Source of the DNA: Promethearchaeati archaeon
GTDB taxonomy: Archaea > Asgardarchaeota > Heimdallarchaeia > Heimdallarchaeales > Heimdallarchaeaceae
DNA length: 13,430 nt
Direction of reading: 5' to 3'
NCBI GenBank assembly: GCA_013166775.1
Contig: JABLTJ010000048.1
Span: 1 to 13,430, forward strand
Numbering within the stretch: the first letter of the stretch is position 1; each line of letters starts with the position of its first letter. The notes below the pieces were generated by a model. That model did not search any database, was not told the origin of the DNA, and saw only the letters and a program-made list of their open reading frames with translations. Below, piece by piece: positions 1-7,132 of this stretch. The translations under genes were made by a program, and so were the position numbers.

Positions 1-1
1 G

Positions 2-244
2 GATCAAGATGGTCTATCAGATGGTGTCGAAGTCTATATTTATGGAACATCACCTTTCACATCCGATACAGATGGTGATAAATACGATGATTTTCTAGAA
101 ATTCTTATGGGAAGAGATCCTCTTATTAAGAACCATGATAGGCAGCTTCTTTTTGGTTTATATTTACTTCCAGTTTATATAGTAGTAGTTTCTGTACCAC
201 CAGTTACAATTTTAATTATCAAAAAAAGAAGAAAGAAAAAATAA
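2..244 (+). CDS. 3' end of a membrane-anchored protein with bacterial-type thrombospondin type 3 (TSP3) Ca-binding repeats (5' truncated by window)
   Basis: Manual translation of frame 2: DQDGLSDGVEVYIYGTSPFTSDTDGDKYDDFLEILMGRDPLIKNHDRQLLFGLYLLPVYIVVVSVPPVTILIIKKRRKKK*. DxDGLSDGxE / DTDGDxxxDxxE repeats, C-terminal hydrophobic helix, basic tail, TAA at 242-244. Confidence 0.85.
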   Translation, partial: DQDGLSDGVEVYIYGTSPFTSDTDGDKYDDFLEILMGRDPLIKNHDRQLLFGLYLLPVYIVVVSVPPVTILIIKKRRKKK

Positions 245-276
245 ATGATGCCTCAGGACTCACACTTCCTCTTTAA
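241..276 (+). repeat. Dispersed repeat copy R1 (left arm + core)
   Basis: ATAAATGATGCCTCAGGACTCACACTTCCTCTTTAA aligns with 5438-5472 and 3306-3340. It overlaps the stop codon of the TSP3 gene. Confidence 0.9.
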
Positions 277-345
277 TGAATACGAATTCTCAGAAAAAAA
301 TCCATTTGTGAAAAAGATAGAAAAATTGAGTTAAATTCAACTCAA

Positions 346-1833
346 TTACATTTGATACCCACATTCCGGGCAGTGTTTATACCCAGCATCTATTTCTTTT
401 CCACAACTAGGACAGAAAACAGTTCCTTCTTGCTTTTCCTGTTGTCTTTCTTGCGTTACCTCAGTTAATCTTTTAGTACTGGTATCTGTTGGTGCTACAA
501 TTGGTCTTCTCCTCGCTTGGACAACGATCCAAGTAATTAATGGAACTAGACATAAAACTGCAATACTAATAGGTCCCAATGATAAGCAAATGGGGAATCC
601 CGTCCAGAAATCCCAACTTTGAACTCCTATGATTATTGCTATTGATACGACAAAGAAGATAATACTCGCTATTAATGAGATTTTCACAGCTTTATGCATA
701 CCCCCCGAATAGGATTGAGGAGAAGCTGCACGACGAGCTCTATTGCGTTCCATTCGGTCTTTTATTTGGTCTCTTCTCCAAACTATTAAACCAACAGAAG
801 TTGAGACTACTACGATAGCTAATACACCTAAGATAATATTTCTTATAAGAGTACCAGGTAGGACAATCTTTGTTGTACTAATTCGATTAGGAGCTTGGGG
901 TGTAGAAACATCAAATATGATTAAATCATAAAGCGAGAAGTAGGCTCTATCATTATCAACAAACATGCTATGATATCTACCACCAATATTACTTAGAGAT
1001 CGATCAATAGGAGAACTAGTGTGAAAATCAACGATATTCAGACTAGAACCATATATAATAAACAATTGATTATTATAAACAGTAAACTCATCGATGTAAC
1101 CATAACCAGAATAATTTCCAGAATAAGTCATGTTTGCAGGATTAGCTATATTAACTCGAGTAAAAATATTTGATGAATAAAGATAAGCATATGTACCTTC
1201 AACTTCAAGATCATAACCTTCTACACTTGTCAATTCACCAAGATCAGATGGTGAGCTTGGGTTGCTAACATCAATAGCATGTATTCCTGTATCACCTATG
1301 GTTACATAAGCAATAGTTCCAACAACACGTACACCATAAATTGTCCAGGGAGAATAATTATTCAATAAAACAGGACTTCCAGGATTAGCAACGTTAATGA
1401 TTTTTAGAACATAGTTAACTACAATATATAAAACACCGCCAGAGATAACCAGATCATTAGCAAAATGAGTGGTACTGTACGAGTAAAAACCAACTTGCAC
1501 AGGATCATTAGGATCACTTACATCTATAATATAAATCTCAAATTCTGCAGAACTGATTTCAGATTGGACAGAAACATAAACGTAATCCCCTTCAGCAACA
1601 ATAAGATTACATGAATAAGCAGCCAATTTTAAGTAACCAGCAGATTGAGGATTATTTTCATCACTGATATCCATAATAAATAATCCAACGTCTTGAGTCA
1701 TTAAGAAATAAGCATAATTTCCCATAACACAAAGATCGGAAGCACGAGCTTTACTTTCAACATTTCTTACAGAAATAAATAATGGAATCATTAATAATAG
1801 TAGTAATAGAAGAGTGGATTTTCGGTTTTTCAC
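346..1833 (-). CDS. LVIVD-repeat beta-propeller membrane protein with three C-terminal TM segments and a zinc ribbon
   Basis: Seven LVIVD-like blades (e.g. GLFIMDISDENNP, IYIIDVSDPNDP, IHAIDVSNPSSP, LIIFDVSTPQAP), N-terminal signal-like segment, three hydrophobic helices, CPSC-x10-CPEC tail. ORF track starts at 1851, but GGAGGGAG before GTG at 1833 suggests this start. Confidence 0.85.
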   Translation of the reverse strand: MKNRKSTLLLLLLLMIPLFISVRNVESKARASDLCVMGNYAYFLMTQDVGLFIMDISDENNPQSAGYLKLAAYSCNLIVAEGDYVYVSVQSEISSAEFEIYIIDVSDPNDPVQVGFYSYSTTHFANDLVISGGVLYIVVNYVLKIINVANPGSPVLLNNYSPWTIYGVRVVGTIAYVTIGDTGIHAIDVSNPSSPSDLGELTSVEGYDLEVEGTYAYLYSSNIFTRVNIANPANMTYSGNYSGYGYIDEFTVYNNQLFIIYGSSLNIVDFHTSSPIDRSLSNIGGRYHSMFVDNDRAYFSLYDLIIFDVSTPQAPNRISTTKIVLPGTLIRNIILGVLAIVVVSTSVGLIVWRRDQIKDRMERNRARRAASPQSYSGGMHKAVKISLIASIIFFVVSIAIIIGVQSWDFWTGFPICLSLGPISIAVLCLVPLITWIVVQARRRPIVAPTDTSTKRLTEVTQERQQEKQEGTVFCPSCGKEIDAGYKHCPECGYQM

Positions 1834-1897
1834 AGAAATTGCTCCCTCCAAACTATTATTGCTTTATCTATTTTTTAAAGTTATTTCACAAATTAAA

Positions 1898-2270
1898 TCA
1901 ATAAGCTGTTTGACGTTCAACAGCAAGATTAGATAAACGTCTTCTACTGACATCATTTGGTGGAGGAGCGGGACCTTTTGATATTCTACCTACAACATAA
2001 AATCTTACAATAATTATGGTGATGAGAAGAACGAAGGAAATTGGAACTGTTATTAGGCTCATTAAGCAAAGATAAAACCAAGAAGACGGGGGAGATATCT
2101 TTGACTGGTAGGATCCTTCTTTCTCGAACATATAGAACTATTGTCCAAATTAGTAATCCAAGCAAAATAGGTGAGGTAATAAGAAAGACTAAATGCAAAA
2201 CATTACAAGCATACTAAGGGTCATAGACAATATTGTTAGGAGAAACATAATCAAGTATAATATCTAACAA
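1898..2270 (-). pseudogene. Disrupted small membrane protein locus: two fragments resembling the C-terminal TM module of the LVIVD protein
   Basis: AAGGAG then TTG at 2270: MLDIILDYVSPNNIVYDP*YACNVLHLVFLITSPILLGLLIWTIVLYVRERRILPVKDIS (in-frame TAG 2214-2216). Near 2090-2100 a different frame continues ISPPSSWFYLCLMSLITVPISFVLLITIIIVRFYVVGRISKGPAPPPNDVSRRRLSNLAVERQTAY*. Confidence 0.55.
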
Positions 2271-2291
2271 AAGGATACTCTCCTTTTACTT

Positions 2292-2330
2292 ACAATCATA
2301 ATTGATACCTCCGGACTCACACTTCTTCAA
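2292..2330 (+). repeat. Dispersed repeat copy R2 (left arm + core)
   Basis: ACAATCATAATTGATACCTCCGGACTCACACTTCTTC closely matches 5432-5467. Similarity stops right after the core, where the orphan gene stop codon (2327-2329) lies. Confidence 0.9.
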
Positions 2331-3190
2331 AATTTCTTATTTATTAATTGTTCCAGTTTTTCATTAAGAGTGAATTCATCTAATTCTAGTTCTGAACCTA
2401 ATGAAGAATAAAAACTTAGAGCATTTAAAAAACAATAATAAACTATTTTTCTATTTCTTGATAAATTGTCAGGTTCCTCAATTTCAGCTATAATTTTACA
2501 TGCAAAATCTCTTACAGGTTTGAGATGATTTAGAAAACAGAGCAAACGAATCCCACCATGAAAAGCTACCTCGTATGGTGTAAGTGATTTTGAGAGTAAC
2601 TCATCCCTCAAATAAAGTAAATAATTATGACCAAAATGAGCCAATCTATGGTAATGTTCGCCATAAGACTTGTAATGATATGGATGAAAGGTAGAAGTAA
2701 TATTAGTATCCTCAAATGAGATTTTTGAATCATAAAAGTATAAGCGATCATTAGTTAAAATATTGGAAAAAATGAGAAAAGCTTCTTTCGCTGTTAGATT
2801 TATTGGTTCAAACTCAAGTCGTTTTTGATGATTTTTATAGTAGATATTGTACAAAATAACGGGAGCAAATAATTGTTCATTAATTTCTGTTTCTAAACTG
2901 ACAACATGGTGGAAATAATCATTGAGGTCTCCAATTAAAAAACTGTTATGAAAATCTGGCGGAAGGTCAGAGGATTCTGTAAAAAATCTAAGAAGTTGCT
3001 TAGGAAAAACTTTTCGAGTAATTGGTTTGTCAAATAATCGATGAAGCTGATAAAAGGCATTGAAAGGATAATGACCGGCCCAACCACCCATTCGATAACC
3101 AACTATTTGATTGTTAATGATATAGCATTGGTTTTGGTTATCCATTACAATAAATAATGGGAGATTGTCTTCCTTGATTTTAAGTAACAA
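2327..3190 (-). CDS. Hypothetical protein (no recognisable family)
   Basis: Long open frame (303 aa in the ORF track from 3238) in AT-rich DNA. GTGAGG before TTG at 3190 suggests a later start. His/Tyr/Phe-rich, no motif recognised. Confidence 0.7.
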   Translation of the reverse strand: MLLKIKEDNLPLFIVMDNQNQCYIINNQIVGYRMGGWAGHYPFNAFYQLHRLFDKPITRKVFPKQLLRFFTESSDLPPDFHNSFLIGDLNDYFHHVVSLETEINEQLFAPVILYNIYYKNHQKRLEFEPINLTAKEAFLIFSNILTNDRLYFYDSKISFEDTNITSTFHPYHYKSYGEHYHRLAHFGHNYLLYLRDELLSKSLTPYEVAFHGGIRLLCFLNHLKPVRDFACKIIAEIEEPDNLSRNRKIVYYCFLNALSFYSSLGSELELDEFTLNEKLEQLINKKF

Positions 3191-3215
3191 ATACCTCACT
3201 TCTTTATAACACTTT

Positions 3216-3252
3216 AACAAATAAATGATATATAACACTTACACTTCTTCAA
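3216..3252 (+). repeat. Degenerate repeat copy R2b (left box + core)
   Basis: ATAAATGAT-N7-ACTTACACTTCTTCAA has the same box spacing as R4 (ATAATTGAT-N7-ACTCACACTTCTTC). 3237-3252 matches 2315-2330 at 15/16. Confidence 0.75.
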
Positions 3253-3300
3253 TTAAAAAAAATCATAGGATCAACTGATTCATATAAAAAACAAAAGAAA

Positions 3301-3402
3301 AAACAATAATTGATGCTTCGGTCTCACACTTCCTCTTTAAGGTCTAGAAGTCCATTTCGGTAATGACACGCTTAAGTGGTAAGTATCTGCTGGCTGAGCA
3401 TC
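3301..3402 (+). repeat. Dispersed repeat copy R3 (full length)
   Basis: 3312-3402 aligns without gaps to 5444-5534 (72/91 identical by hand count). Ends GATGCT...AGCATC are inverted complements. Confidence 0.95.
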
Positions 3403-3551
3403 TCGCCCGAAGATTCAATGCAAATTTTTTGATTCTTATCTTACTGAGTTTATATTTTTAGGAAAATACTTCTGTAGAATTTAATTTTATAGAGAGACAA
3501 TTTATTAGGCACGTTGTTTATAAAATAATCAATCAACCATATAAAACTACA

Positions 3552-4085
3552 TTGAAGAAGAAAAAATATGAATGGATGGAAACAACTATGGCATTTGATA
3601 TCAATAATTTATTTCAAGAATTAAAAAATCTCAAGGCAATAGAATTCCCACGAAGAGAAATAACACCAATTTCAGATGATACTCCTTTAATTGAAATCTT
3701 GAACAAATTAGGGGCATCTGATCTTCCAATAATACCTGTAATAAACAAGAAGGATGAATATATTGGAATTATTACTTTACGTGATTTACTATTTCTTTTT
3801 CAAAGAAAACATACTTCCTTACATGAAGCTTTTCATCTGCAACATATGACTGAAGGATACATAGCAGGCGAGTTAATCAACATCAATCTTCCAGTTATCT
3901 ACGACGATGATTCATTTGAAAGAATTATTGAAAGCATGGCAAAGTTCCAATCCTCTGTTCTACCGCGTGCACCTAATAGGAAGGAGCAAATATCAGGTCT
4001 GATTTATCTGAAGGATATCTTCACTGAAATAAGAAACACTTTACGAAAATTAATTAGTATGGAGAAGGAGGAATCCAACGAATGA
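3552..4085 (+). CDS. CBS-domain pair protein
   Basis: ISDDTPLIEILNKL...IPVINKKDEYIGIITLRDLL and IYDDDSFERIIESM...ISGLIYLKDIF are typical CBS repeats. Alternative ATG starts at 3576/3588. Stop overlaps the next start (ATGA, 4082-4085). Confidence 0.85.
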   Translation: MKKKKYEWMETTMAFDINNLFQELKNLKAIEFPRREITPISDDTPLIEILNKLGASDLPIIPVINKKDEYIGIITLRDLLFLFQRKHTSLHEAFHLQHMTEGYIAGELININLPVIYDDDSFERIIESMAKFQSSVLPRAPNRKEQISGLIYLKDIFTEIRNTLRKLISMEKEESNE

Positions 4086-5368
4086 GTTTAGGAGAAGCTG
4101 CTTCTGAACCTCTTCAAATTTTTCTATATCTTGGAGTAGCACTTATTTCTGCAAGAATTCTTGGAGAAATCTTTGAACGTATCAAACTCTCCTCAATTAT
4201 TGGTGAGATTTTAGCAGGAATAATCTTTGGTGGACCATTCTTAGGATTGATTGGTAGAGATCCAAATTTATTTGTTAATATTGATGTTTTAACACAGTTT
4301 TCTCAAATAGGAATTATTATTTTATTATTCATAATTGGATTAGAAGTTAGTCCTAAAAGTCTAAAGAGTGCAGGCAAACAGAGTATTTTCATTTCATTAA
4401 TTGAAGTTTTCATAGCTTTAGTTGGCGGATTTCTAACTGGATACTTCTTGTTAAAATTAACAATGGCACAGGCCATATTTTTCGGAACGATGTTCACAGC
4501 AACTAGTATTGGGGTAACTGTAAGAGCTTTAAATGATATAGGGAAATTAAATACAAAAGTGGGAGAAATCTTATTGTCTACAGCAATTTTCGATGATATT
4601 ATTGCGTTATTTCTAGTGTTGATATTCTCTTATGCACTCTTCCCAGAACCAGGCTCAGTATGGTACATAACCTTGCTTATTAACCTTGGAATCTTAATTG
4701 CATTGATAATTGGCATCATCTTTGTAATTCCTTTTATTCTGAGATTCAGTGAAAGAAGATTTAGAATTTTCTCAGATTCTAGAACTAACTATTTCACTTT
4801 AGGAATAATATTTGGTGTATTAGCACTTTTAGTTTATTTTGCAGAATCGCTGGGAATTTCAGGAGCAATAATTGCTTTTCTTTTTGGATTCTCAATTCAA
4901 AACAATAAAGTGCTCATAGGTGATATAAAAGAAGCGTTCATTAAAATGGGAGAAGGAATATTCCTCCCATTATTTTTCTTCGCAGTAGGAGCTAATTTCT
5001 TGCTTGATTTCACAGCATTCTCACCATTATTACTGCTAATTGTACCAATAGCAATTCTGGCAAAAGGTCTCGGAACTTTTGCAGGTTCATCAATAATGAA
5101 ATTTAAACCGAAAGAGGCACTAAAGATAACAGTAGGGATGATCCCCAGAGCAGAAATCATTTTAGTCATTGCTGAAATAGGTTTAATTCAAGGTATCTTT
5201 TCTCAAAGTATCTTCTCAATGGCAGTCTTATTGGTTTTCATTTCAGTAATCATTACACCTATTGGATTAAAATTATTATTTAGAGAACCAAAACCATCAC
5301 TACCAGCTCTTGAATATAGTCAGAAAGAACTGGATAAAACAGAAAATGGGCTTACGGAAATTGGTTAA
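4082..5368 (+). CDS. Cation:proton antiporter, CPA2 (KefB/NapA-like) family
   Basis: Many TM helices. Motifs GEILAGIIFG, IGIIILLFIIGLE, ATSIGVTVRAL, AIFDD, FLPLFFFAVG, GMIPRAE. Confidence 0.93.
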   Translation: MSLGEAASEPLQIFLYLGVALISARILGEIFERIKLSSIIGEILAGIIFGGPFLGLIGRDPNLFVNIDVLTQFSQIGIIILLFIIGLEVSPKSLKSAGKQSIFISLIEVFIALVGGFLTGYFLLKLTMAQAIFFGTMFTATSIGVTVRALNDIGKLNTKVGEILLSTAIFDDIIALFLVLIFSYALFPEPGSVWYITLLINLGILIALIIGIIFVIPFILRFSERRFRIFSDSRTNYFTLGIIFGVLALLVYFAESLGISGAIIAFLFGFSIQNNKVLIGDIKEAFIKMGEGIFLPLFFFAVGANFLLDFTAFSPLLLLIVPIAILAKGLGTFAGSSIMKFKPKEALKITVGMIPRAEIILVIAEIGLIQGIFSQSIFSMAVLLVFISVIITPIGLKLLFREPKPSLPALEYSQKELDKTENGLTEIG

Positions 5369-5390
5369 GCTAATGAAATATTAGCTTAAC
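5364..5390 (+). terminator. Perfect 11-bp inverted repeat at antiporter stop, terminator-like
   Basis: GTTAAGCTAAT-GAAAT-ATTAGCTTAAC overlapping TAA 5366-5368, followed by T-rich ATTCTTTATT. Confidence 0.5.
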
Positions 5391-5428
5391 ATTCTTTATT
5401 CATTAAACAAGAATCCTAAATGGTTGAT

Positions 5429-5534
5429 AAAACAATCATAATTGATGCTCAGGACTCACACTTCTTCTTTTAGGTCTAGCAGTCCGGTTCGGGAAGGACA
5501 CGCGGAATTGAAAAGTACCTGCTGACAGAGCATT
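5429..5534 (+). repeat. Dispersed repeat copy R4 (full length)
   Basis: Ungapped homolog of R3. Shares ACAATCATAATTGAT with R2 and a 28-nt identical block (5476-5503) with R5. ATGCTC...GAGCAT terminal inverted complement. Confidence 0.95.
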
Positions 5535-5688
5535 GCAAAGAAGTATTAATGATTTAGAGAAGATTTTTTAGGAAATTTACTTGTTGTATTTTATTGGAGG
5601 ATAATTTTACCGCCTACTAAAAGATAGGATGGACATTAGTCACATTATTAATGATAAAGATGAAAATGCTTGTTTTCTTATTTCATGT

Positions 5689-7059
5689 TTATTTTATATA
5701 GATCGTTTTGATATTTACGAACTCCTTGATACCATAATAAGACAATTCTCGACCATAACCACTTTGTTTTATCCCACCAAATGGTAACCTAGGATCAGAT
5801 CTAACAAACGTATTGATGAAACAACTTCCTGCTTCAATTTCCTCAACAGCTAATCTTTCTCCTCTAGCAAGATCTTTTGTGAAAATAGCTGATCCTAAAC
5901 CAAAAACTGAATCATTTGCTATGGAGATCGCTTCCTCCGAATCTTTTGCTGTAATGATACTTGCAACTGGACCAAAAAGTTCTTCGTCGTAAGCTGGCAT
6001 ACCCTTCTTTACATTATCAAGAACTGTTGGAGGATAAAAAGCACCAGATCCTTCAGGAATGAAACCACCCAAAAGCAGTTCAGCTCCCATTTCTATACTT
6101 TTTTGAACTTGTTTATGAAGTTCATCCCTTAAGTCATGTCTCGCTTGAGGACCTACATTAGTTGAAGGATTAAATGGGTCACCCATTTCCATAAATTTCA
6201 TGGATTCTACAAATCTTTCCACAAAACTATCTTTCTTTGATTCTACAATAATAAATCTTTTAGCAGCAATACAACTTTGTCCGGCATTAACTAATCGGCT
6301 ATTTACACAAGTCATAACAGCTCCTTCATTTTCCGCATCTTCAAGAATAATATAGGGATCACTACCGCCCAATTCCAGAACAGTTTTTTTGAGCATTTCA
6401 CCTGCTTTTGATGCTACTGCTTTTCCTGCAGGAGTACTTCCAGTCAGAGTAACAGCCTTTACAATATCATTTTCTATAACTGCTGCAACTTGTTTACTGC
6501 CAATAAGTAATGTTTTGAATGCATATTCAGGAAAACCTGCTTTTCTAAAAACCTCTTCAATTATTAAAGCGGAACCAGGAACATTAGAAGCATGTTTTAA
6601 CACACCGACATTTCCAGCCATAAGAGCAGGTGCAGCAAATCTGAATACTTGCCAATACGGAAAATTCCAAGGCATAACTGCAAGAATTACTCCCAGGGGT
6701 TGAAATGCCACATAACTCTTTGTTGCTTCTGTTTTAACAATTTCGGGTTTTAGAATCTCTTCAGCATTTTCAGCATAGTATTCACAAACCCAAGCACATT
6801 TTTCAACTTCACCGATAGCATCTTTGAAGATTTTTCCCATTTCTAAAGTAAGCATTTTAGCATACGAATCTTTGTTTTCTCGTAAGATTTTAGCTGCTTG
6901 TAACATCAATTTCTTTCTTTCACTAAAAGGAACTTTTCTCCATTTCTTAAACTCTACATGACATTTCTCTAATATTTTTGAAACTTCTTCTGGTGTCATT
7001 TCTTTATATTCTTTGATTTTCTCACCAGTAGTGGGATTTATCGAAACAATTGCCAACAT
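5689..7059 (-). CDS. gabD: NAD(P)-dependent aldehyde dehydrogenase, succinate-semialdehyde dehydrogenase (Sad/GabD1-like)
   Basis: MPWNFP, LKHASNVP, LTGS, ELGGSD (catalytic Glu), NAGQSCIAAKR (catalytic Cys), EELFGP, PFGGIKQSGYGREL. AGGTGA RBS precedes ATG 7059/TTG 7056 (ORF track start 7065). Confidence 0.9.
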   Translation of the reverse strand: MLAIVSINPTTGEKIKEYKEMTPEEVSKILEKCHVEFKKWRKVPFSERKKLMLQAAKILRENKDSYAKMLTLEMGKIFKDAIGEVEKCAWVCEYYAENAEEILKPEIVKTEATKSYVAFQPLGVILAVMPWNFPYWQVFRFAAPALMAGNVGVLKHASNVPGSALIIEEVFRKAGFPEYAFKTLLIGSKQVAAVIENDIVKAVTLTGSTPAGKAVASKAGEMLKKTVLELGGSDPYIILEDAENEGAVMTCVNSRLVNAGQSCIAAKRFIIVESKKDSFVERFVESMKFMEMGDPFNPSTNVGPQARHDLRDELHKQVQKSIEMGAELLLGGFIPEGSGAFYPPTVLDNVKKGMPAYDEELFGPVASIITAKDSEEAISIANDSVFGLGSAIFTKDLARGERLAVEEIEAGSCFINTFVRSDPRLPFGGIKQSGYGRELSYYGIKEFVNIKTIYIK

Positions 7060-7132
7060 CTTCACCTTTGCTTTATACTATCTACTTAGAATGCTGTTCT
7101 ATATAATTGTACGGTTTTACAAATTTGTAGTT

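Noticed and set aside
244-256. AATGATGCCT resemblance to the 3' end of a fluoride riboswitch
   Set aside because: The 5' GGxGATGG part is absent and the sequence belongs to the repeat family.
3253-3309. Possible gene 3' remnant LKKIIGSTDSYKKQKKKQ* ending in the R3 left box, like the TSP3 tail at R1
   Set aside because: Very short, no start codon, and explained by A-rich composition.
5478-5503. tRNA T-arm (GGTTCG) or SRP helix-8-like fragment
   Set aside because: No cloverleaf, the T-loop consensus TTCGAAT is absent, and the SRP motif does not match exactly. R3 does not conserve GGTTCG.
3312-5534. Canonical integron attC sites
   Set aside because: No RYYYAAC/GTTRRRY ends, cargo genes are in mixed orientation, and no intI in the window. 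Only the architecture is analogous.
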